From an uncultured beta proteobacterium (GTDB lineage: Bacteria > Pseudomonadota > Gammaproteobacteria > Burkholderiales > Burkholderiaceae_D), in assembly GCA_963697715.1 (NCBI GenBank), contig OY969095.1, positions 2,607,670-2,631,669 on the forward strand: a DNA stretch of 24,000 nucleotides, given 5' to 3'. Below the pieces are notes generated by a model, which was not told where the DNA came from, did not search any database, and was given only the letters and a program-made list of their open reading frames with translations. Below are positions 17,542-24,000 of this stretch, in pieces. Position 1 is the stretch's first letter; each line of letters starts with the position of its first letter. A program made the translations under genes and the position numbers.

Positions 17542-18861
17542 TCAACTCAGATGCTCAAGCCTGAGCTTGGTGACTTTACCGAGAACCGTCGGCAGCGCCT
17601 CGATTTTCCGGATCGCCGCTTCGACATTCTTTTCCTGCGTCTGGTGCGTCAGCATGATGATGTCGGTCTGGGTTTCGCCCTCGTGCCGGCTCTTTCTGCA
17701 GCATTGCGTCGATCGAGATCGTCGATTCGGCCAGAATGCTGGTGACGTTGGCCAGCACGCCGGGTTTGTCGGCGACGTGCATGCGCAGGTAATAACTGGT
17801 GGTCACTTCCGACATCGGCAGGATCGGCGTATCGGTCATCGAATTCGGCTGGAAAGCCAGATGCGGCACGCGATGCGCCGGCTCGGCAGTGGCCAGGCGC
17901 GTGATGTCGACCAGGTCGGCGATCACTGCGGACGCCGTCGGCTCGGCGCCTGCGCCCTTGCCGTAGTACAGCGTCGCGCCGACCGCATCGCCATGCACCA
18001 CCACGGCGTTCATCGCGCCTTCGACATTGGCGATCAGGCGCTTGGCCGGAATCAGCGTCGGATGCACGCGCAGCTCGATGCCCTTCGGCGTGCGCTTGGT
18101 GATGCCCAGCAGCTTGATCCGGTAGCCGAGCTGCTCGGCGTAGCGGATATCGGCCGCTTCCAGCTTGGTGATGCCTTCGACGTGCGCCTTGTCGAACTGC
18201 ACGGGAATGCCGAAGGCGATCGCGCCATGATGCGTGGCCTTGTGCGCGGCGTCGATGCCTTCGATGTCGAAGGTCGGATCGGCTTCGGCATAACCCAGGC
18301 GCTGCGCTTCCTTCAGCACGGTGTCGAAATCCGAGCCCCTTGTCGCGCATCTCGGACAGGATGAAGTTGGTGGTGCCGTTGATGATGCCGGCGATCCATT
18401 CGATGCGGTTGGCCGTCAGGCCTTCGCGCAGCGCCTTGATGATCGGGATGCCGCCGGCCACTGCCGCCTCGAACGCCACCATCACGCCCTTGTCGCTGCG
18501 CGGCCGCGAAAATCTCGTTGCCGTGCACGGCCAGCAGCGCCTTGTTGGCGGTGACGACATGCTTGCCGTTGGCGATCGCCTTCAGCACCAGTTCCTTCGC
18601 AACGCCGTAGCCGCCGATCAGCTCGACGACGATATCGATATCGGGATTCGTGACGACCAGATTGCGCGTCGCCGACCACCTCGCATTGTCGTCGCCGACC
18701 AGTTCCTTGCGCGCGCGCGACATCGAGGTCGGCGACCATCGCGATCTCGATGCCGCGGCCGGCGCGGCGGCGAGATTTCTTCCTGGTTGCGCTTGCAGCA
18801 CGTTGAATGTGCCGCCGCCGACGGTGCCGATGCCTAGCAGGCCTACTTTGATGGGTTTCAT
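17542..18861 (-). pseudogene. hom: Homoserine dehydrogenase; full-length but broken by at least 8 frameshifts (pseudogene or sequence error)
   Basis: Starts [23 protein letters not shown] at 18861. Conserved Hom sequence continues alternately in all three minus frames: RNQEEIS; [11 protein letters not shown]; ELVGDDNA; [59 protein letters not shown]; [53 protein letters not shown]; [27 protein letters not shown]...; and the ACT-domain tail EGETQTDIIMLTHQTQEKNVEAAIRKIEALPTVLGKVTKLRLEHLS*, ending at 17542. Confidence 0.9.
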
Positions 18862-18900
18862 AATGTCTGCATAAGTAAAGTCACGTGGAAAGCGTCCGCA

Positions 18901-20163
18901 TCATGCCGGACGCAGTGACTGAATGATTCGATTTAGCCGTGCCCGCTTGCGGTATCCGTCGAGGAAATGCGCGATCCGGCCGATCGCCTCGGTCAGGTCG
19001 TCGGAATTCGGCAGGAACACGACCCGGAAATGGTCGGGCGTCGGCCAGTTGAAGCCGGTGCCCTGCACGATCAGCACCTTTCCTCGGCCAGCAGTTCGAT
19101 AGGCGAACTGCTGGTCGTCCGTCGATCGGATAGATCTTCGGATCGAGGCGCGGGAACATGTACAGCGCCGCCTTCGGCTTGACGCAGGTCACGCCGGGGA
19201 TATCGGTCAGCAGCTTGTGCGCCAGGTCGCGCTGGCTGCAGCAGGCGACCGCCGGGTCCGACCAGATCATTGATGCTCTGGTAGCCGCCCAGCGCGGTCT
19301 GGATCGCGAACTGCCCCGGCACGTTGGCGCACAGGCGCATCGAGGCCAGCATGTTCAGGCCTTCGATGTAGTCCCTGGCGTGGCGCTTCTCGCCCGACAC
19401 GACCATCCAGCCGGCGCGATAGCCGCAGGAGCGGTAGTTCTTCGACAGGCCGTTGAAGGTGACGAACAGCACGTCGTCGGCCAGCGAGGCGATCGATGTG
19501 TGCGTCGCGCCGTCGTACAGCACCTTGTCGTAGATCTCGTCGGCGAAGATGATCAGCTGATGCTGGCGCGCGATCTCGACGATCTCGCTGCAGCAGCTCG
19601 TCCGGATACAGCGCGCCGGTCGGATTGTTCGGGTTGATGACGACGATGCCGCGCGTGTTCGGCGTGATCTTGCGCGGATGTCGTCGAGGTCGGGCAGCCA
19701 GTCCGACTGCTCGTCGCACATGTAGTGCACGCGGCGTGCCGCCGGACAGGCTGACCGCCGCCGTCCACAGCGGATAGTCGGGCGACGGCACCAGCACTTC
19801 GTCGCCGGTGTTGAGCAAGCGCATTCATGCTCATCACGATCAGCTCGGAGGCGCCGTTGCCGAGGTAGATGTCGTCGATCGTCACGCCGTGAGATGTTCT
19901 TCTCCTGCGTGTAGTGCATGATCGCCTTGCGCGGCGCGAACAGGCCTTTCGAATCGGTATAGCCGGACGGCGTTCGGCAGGTTGCGGATCATGTCCTGCA
20001 CGATTTCGTCAGGCGCCTCGAAACCGAAGGCGGCGAGGTTGCCGATATTCAGCTTGATGATCTTGTGGCCCTCTTCTTCCATCTGCCGTGCCTTGTCGAG
20101 CACCGGGCCGCGGATGTCGTAGCAGACGTCAGCCAGTTTTTTCGATTTTTGAATCGGTCGCAC
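18901..20163 (-). pseudogene. alaA: PLP-dependent aminotransferase, AlaA/YfbQ-like (glutamate-pyruvate type), broken by about 10 frameshifts (pseudogene or sequence error)
   Basis: A probable GTG start at 20163 is preceded by an AAGGAA SD. The pieces are collinear with AlaA: RPIQKSKKLADVCYDIRGPVLDKARQMEEEGHKIIKLNIGNLAAFGFEAPDEIVQDMIRNLPNA; MHYTQEKNIS; TIDDIYLGNGASELIVMSMNAL; LNTGDEVLVPSPDYPLWTAAVSLSGGTP; VHYMCDEQSDWLPDLDDIRA; KITPNTRGIVVINPNNPTGALYPDELL; EIVEIARQHQLIIFADEIYDKVLYDG...FNGLSKNYRSCGYRAGWMVV...MRLCANVPGQFAIQTALGGYQSI; QRDLAHKLLTDIPGVTCVKPKAALYMFPRL. These lie in different frames. The 3' end is taken from the frame encoding AIGRIAHFLDGYRKRA (TGA at 18901-18903). Confidence 0.82.
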
Positions 20164-20439
20164 AGCGATTGTTCCTTGTGATTTTTTCAGAGTTGCCAGG
20201 GCCGGCTCTGATGAATGCATGCATCCGAGGGCGCAACGCCAATGGGTTGGCGGCATCCATGCAGGCATGAAAACGACAGCGGCAATGCTGCACCGCGAAA
20301 GAGATCCATTTTGCCGAAAGCGACCGATTTTATCAATCGATAAAGACCGCTTTCGGGATGAAAACGGGCCGAAACGTTACAATACGCACTCTTATTTTTC
20401 ATTGCCGGACCAGGCGTTCGCACTCCGGAACATATCGCC

Positions 20440-20814
20440 ATGAAGCTCCACAGCACTCCAACACAGCAATATCAAACCGTGACCGCTTACGACGAAGACG
20501 GCGTCGAGATCAATCTGACCCGCTTCAATCACAGCCTGATCGTCCTGCCGGAATCCGCGCCGGTTGCGTGGCCGGTCACGTCGTTCGATGCATTGACAGC
20601 CGAACATTTCGAACAGATCAATGCAACTGCGCCCGACGTCGTCATCCTCGGCACCGGCAGGCGCCAGCGCTTTGCCCATCCGCGGCTGAGCGCATCGCTG
20701 ACCTCACGACGCATCGGTGTGGAATGCATGGACAATCAGGCCGCATGCCGCACCTACAACATCCTGATGACCGAAGGCCGAAAGGTCGCACTGGCGTTGA
20801 TCTTCGAGGCGTAA
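20440..20814 (+). CDS. Mth938/DUF498-like (NDUFAF3-like) small conserved protein
   Basis: 124-aa intact ORF whose pattern is typical of the family: ...VLPESAPVAWPVTSFDALTAEHFEQI...PDVVILGTGRRQRFAHPRL...GVECMDNQAACRTYNILMTEGRKVALALI. Confidence 0.72.
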   Translation: MKLHSTPTQQYQTVTAYDEDGVEINLTRFNHSLIVLPESAPVAWPVTSFDALTAEHFEQINATAPDVVILGTGRRQRFAHPRLSASLTSRRIGVECMDNQAACRTYNILMTEGRKVALALIFEA

Positions 20815-21021
20815 TCCTGGTTCACCGCACTTCACCTTCCCGTCCGCTTCATGCAGGCCAGTCAGGCTGCATGAACGAACCAAGGACAATATTCGTTGTC
20901 TCTTCTAAAACGTATCGTGCGGAGTGGCCGATTGTCGAGTTGATATGATGACGATCTATCAATTGCGCGATGTCTGTCGCGATCACGACGAACAAATCTG
21001 ATCGATTTTTCAATTTAATTG

Positions 21022-21049
21022 CTTGAAGGATCAGAAATTGCCCCCATTT
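21022..21049 (+). promoter_or_regulatory. Sigma32-consensus-like promoter upstream of bcp
   Basis: CTTGAAG (21022-21028), a 13-nt spacer, then CCCCATTT (21042-21049). This is close to CTTGAAA-N13-15-CCCCATNT and lies ~100 nt upstream of the preferred bcp start. Confidence 0.45.
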
Positions 21050-21151
21050 TTGTGGTTGATCGAGGTTAATCTTTCTTCAAACAGATGAATGCATCGATCA
21101 CATATGCCGCCTGTGCGGCGCACGACCAAATCCGCAAAGAGAGTAATCACA

Positions 21152-21646
21152 ATGGATCAAGATAGCGCCGTGGCAGAACGCCCTTCCGCACTCAACAAGA
21201 TGGTGCCGGAATTTTCCGCTGCGATGACCGGCGACCGGACGTTTCAACTGTCCGATTACAAAGGCAGGAAAATCGTTCTTTATTTCTACCCGAAGGACAA
21301 CACGCCAGGCTGCACGACCGAAGGCATCCAGTTCCGCGAGCTGTATCCGCAATTCCAGCACGCCAATGCGGAAATCTTCGGCGTCAGCCGCGACAGTCTT
21401 CGTTCGCATGAGGGCTTCAAGGCCAAGCTCGACATGCCCTTCGAGCTGATCTCCGATCCGGACGAAACGTTGTGCGCACTGTTCGATGTCATGAAGATGA
21501 AAAATATGTATGGCAAGAAAGTACGCGGTATCGAACGCTCCACTTTTATCATTGACGAGTCGGGCAAATTGGTGAAAGAATGGCGTGGAGTGAAAGTGCC
21601 TGGACACATCGATGAAGTACTGGAGTTTGTGAAGGCTCTTGCTTAG
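21152..21646 (+). CDS. bcp: Thiol peroxidase / peroxiredoxin Bcp (atypical 2-Cys Prx)
   Basis: Intact ORF with the peroxidatic-Cys motif FYPKDNTPGCTTE and Bcp-like flanks (VPEFSA..., GVSRDSLRSHEGF, RSTFIIDESGKL). The start at 21152 (MDQDS) is chosen over the tracked 21089 ATG on length grounds; 21200 is also possible. Confidence 0.88.
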   Translation: MDQDSAVAERPSALNKMVPEFSAAMTGDRTFQLSDYKGRKIVLYFYPKDNTPGCTTEGIQFRELYPQFQHANAEIFGVSRDSLRSHEGFKAKLDMPFELISDPDETLCALFDVMKMKNMYGKKVRGIERSTFIIDESGKLVKEWRGVKVPGHIDEVLEFVKALA

Positions 21647-21686
21647 GTTTGCAAAACCCATTGAATTCAAAAGAATTTTTCTCAGG

Positions 21687-21745
21687 AAAAGCCGTTTGCG
21701 GATTAGGCCATGCGCCTTCCCAAACGGCTTTTTTGCTTTTTGATT
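21687..21745 (+). terminator. Rho-independent terminator downstream of bcp
   Basis: AAAAGCCGTTTG (21687-21698) pairs with CAAACGGCTTTT (21721-21732). There is an inner AGGC/GCCT helix in the loop, and the hairpin is followed by TTTTGCTTTTTG. Confidence 0.75.
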
Positions 21746-21853
21746 TGCACTTCCATGCCGCGGCCCGTTCCGCGATCCGTTTTTTCCTCCTTTCTTTTGC
21801 ATTGCCCGCTGCACCGGTTGTACGTTTTTCAAACTTCTCAAATCGAGGTCCTG

Positions 21854-23506
21854 ATGCCACTGCCTAAATTACCGACCAAGCCTGCCGCATTGCTGTCACC
21901 TCAAGATTATCCGAAGGCGGATAAGGACAAGATTGTCAAATCGCTGACGTTGATCGAACCTGCGATGCGCAAAATCGAACCGGCGCCTGCAGTTACCCGC
22001 GCCAGGATTGCCGACAGAACGCCGGTCGGCAAACCGAATGCCGTATCGACTCCTGCTGTCGCCCTCGCGCCCAAGGCCAACGCGCGCCGGCCAGTGGCCA
22101 AGGTCACCGGCCCGACGCAAGCTGTTCGTGCTCGACACCAACGTCCTGATGCACGATCCGACGGCCTGTTCCGCTTCGAGGAGCACGACATCTACCTGCC
22201 GATGATCACGCTCGAGGAACTCGACAACAACAAGAAAGGCATGACCGAAGTCGCGCGCAACGCGCGCCAGGTAGCCGCTTCCTCGACGAGCTGGTCACCG
22301 GCATCGACGGACAACGAGATCGACGAAGGCATTCCGCTGGCAAAGCTCGGCAACAGGACGCGACGGGCCGCCTGTTCTTGCAGACCAAGCTGCATGAACG
22401 CCGTGCTGCCGGCCGGCCTGCCGACGGCAAGGCCGACAACCAGATCCTCGGCGTCGTCGCGCTCTGCGAAACGCAGCATCCGGAGCGCAACGTGGTGCTG
22501 GTGTCGAAGGACATCAACATGCGCATCAAGGCGCGCGCGCTGGGCTTGCCGCCGAGGACTACTTCAACGACAAGGTGCTCGAGGACACCGAGCTGCTGTA
22601 CTCCGGCATGCAGCAGCTGCCGGCCGACTTCTGGGACAAGCACGGCAAGGGCATGGAATCGTGGCAGACAGAGGACGGCCACACCTATCTACCGCATCAC
22701 CGGTCCGCTCGTGCCGTCGCTGCTGGTCAACGAGTTCGTCTATCATCGAGCCGAAGACGGCGAGGCGCCGTTCTACGCGTCAGGTCAAGGAGATCACCGG
22801 CAAGACCGCGCGTGCTGCCAGACGCTGAACGACTACACGCACAGAAGAACAGCGTCTGGGGCATCACCGCGCGCAACCGCGAGCAGAACTTCGCGCTGAA
22901 CCTGCTGATGAATCCGGAGATCGACTTCGTCACGCTGCTCGGCCAGGCCGGCACCGGCAAGACGCTGCTGACGCTGGCCGCCGGCCTGATGCAGATGCTG
23001 GAGACCAAGGTCTACACCGAAATCATCATGACCCGCGTCACGGTGCCGGTCGGCGAGGACATCGGCTTCCTGCCGGGCACCGAAGAAGAGAAGATGGGCC
23101 CGTGGATGGGCGCGCTCGAGGACAACCTCGACGTGCTGAACAAGACCGACGACGACGCCGGCGAATGGGGCCGCGCCGCGACGCGCGACCTGATCCGCTC
23201 GCGCATCAAGATCAAGTGCCTCAACTTCATGCGCGGCCGCACGTTCATCAACAAGTTCCTGATCATCGACGAGGCGCAGAACCTGACGCCCAAGCAGATG
23301 AAGACGCTGGTCACGCGCGCCGGCCCGGGCACCAAGGTCGTCTGCCTCGGCAACATCGCGCAGATCGACACGCCGTACCTGACCGAAGGGTTCGCGGCCT
23401 GACCTACGTGGTCGACCGCTTCAAGGGCTGGGCGCACGCGGGCCACGTCACGCTGGCGCGCGGCGAGCGCTCGCGCCTGGCCGATCACGCGAGCGAAGTG
23501 CTGTAG
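21854..23506 (+). pseudogene. PIN-domain plus PhoH-like ATPase (YlaK-like); about a dozen frameshifts after an intact N-terminal linker (pseudogene or sequence error)
   Basis: The ATG at 21854 has a GAGGT SD. The first ~88 codons are intact. Conserved sequence then hops frames: KLFVLDTNVLMHDPT | CLFRFEEHDIYLPMITLEELDNNKKGMTEVARNARQV | SRFLDELVTGIDG | NEIDEGIPLAKLGN | ATGRLFLQTKLHE | AVLPAGLP | GKADNQILGVVALCETQHPERNVVLVSKDINMRIKARALGLP | AEDYFNDKVLEDTELLYSGMQQLPADFWDKHGKGMESWQ... | YRITGPLVPSLLVNEFVY... | KNSVWGITARNREQNFALNLLMNPEIDFVTLLGQAGTGKTLLTLAAG (Walker A) ...FLIIDEAQNLTPKQMKTLVTRAGPGTKVVCLGNIAQIDTPYLTEG | GLTYVVDRFKGWAHAGHVTLARGERSRLADHASEVL*. Confidence 0.85.
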
Positions 23507-23654
23507 TAGATTCTGACCGGTGCCGCAACCCGACAATGTCGGGCTGTACGCACCGCGTGTATTACCACAAGTCGATGCAAATCGAAAATTGCCGGGGAAT
23601 ATCCTCGGCCATTTTTCCAGCGATCATGCCATTCATCCATGCAATCCGTATGCA

Positions 23655-24000
23655 TTACAAAATCTTGTTCCAACCCACCACGCAATTGCCGCAGCAAAAG
23701 CGGAGGCAGGAATCGTGAAGATCCAGGCCCAGACGATATTGCCCGCAACGCCCCAGCGCACGGCCGACATCTTTCTGCGATGCACCGACGCCGACGATGG
23801 CGCCGGTGATGGTATGCGTGGTCGATACCGGAATGCCCAGCGCGGTCGCCAGGAACAGCGTGATCGCGCCGCCGGTTTCCGCGCAGAAGCCGCCGACCGG
23901 CTTGAGCTTGGTGATCTTCTGCCCCATGGTCTTCACGATGCGCCAGCCGCCGAACAGCGTACCCAGGCTGATCGCCGCATAGCAGACTGATGATCACCCA
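23655..24000 (-). pseudogene. pit: PiT-family inorganic phosphate transporter, 3' end (5' part outside the window), with at least one pair of frameshifts
   Basis: Contains KTMGQKITKLKPVGGFCAETGGAITLFLATALGIPVSTTHTITGAIVGVGASQK. The conserved continuation MSAVRWGVAGNIVWAWIFTIPASAFAAAIAWWVG is in another frame. The original frame resumes for the last codons (WNKIL*, stop at 23655-23657). Confidence 0.78.

Noticed and set aside
20848-20875. A 9-bp hairpin (TTCATGCAG ... CTGCATGAA) downstream of the DUF498-like gene, considered as a terminator
   Set aside because: No U-tract follows and the loop is 10 nt. It may still be structural, but it cannot be called an intrinsic terminator from sequence alone.
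16950-23506. Programmed ribosomal frameshifting or transcriptional slippage as the explanation for the interrupted genes
   Set aside because: There are dozens of shifts of both signs, at sites without slippery heptamers or long homopolymers, in unrelated housekeeping genes. No known recoding mechanism works this way.
1-24000. CRISPR arrays, rRNA/tRNA genes, IS elements with transposase, prophage or integrase genes
   Set aside because: No regularly spaced direct repeats, no cloverleaf or rRNA-like conserved stretches and no recombinase-like ORFs were seen on either strand. Absence of tRNA or small ncRNA cannot be proven by eye and should be confirmed with tRNAscan-SE or Infernal.

Overview
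About 24 kb of chromosomal DNA whose gene content and order look betaproteobacterial (Burkholderiales-like); that placement is inferred from protein resemblance only. There are three zones.
(1) 1-8296 is intact housekeeping: spoT (3' part), greB, an EAL-HDOD signalling protein, rlmJ, and the divergent metE/metR pair with a consensus MetR box.
(2) 8297-10724 is a visibly AT-rich accessory insertion between metR and clpB. It holds an orphan glycine-rich multi-TM protein and a 33-bp REP/REPIN-like inverted repeat pair. It also holds a second, diverged copy of the last 32 codons of metR, which forms a direct repeat with the real metR 3' end. Further right are a small ORF with a strong SD and a 214-aa protein with a HEPN-like C-terminus (RNxxxH motif). 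This is the only candidate for a novel or defence-type module, and the evidence is thin.
(3) 10725-24000 carries clpB (with a sigma32-type promoter), a minus-strand run crcB<moaE<moaD<moeA<thrC<hom<alaA-like, then a DUF498-like gene, bcp, a PIN-PhoH (YlaK-like) ATPase and the 3' end of a Pit phosphate transporter.
The most striking observation is that every gene left of about 16.95 kb is intact. The thrC 5' part, hom, the aminotransferase, most of the PIN-PhoH gene (right of ~22.1 kb) and pit are riddled with +/-1 frameshifts, at least about 35 in total. The two small genes between them are intact. This points to a local sequence or assembly quality problem, a chimeric join, or very recent pseudogenisation. 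No rRNA, tRNA, CRISPR array, integrase or transposase gene was recognised.
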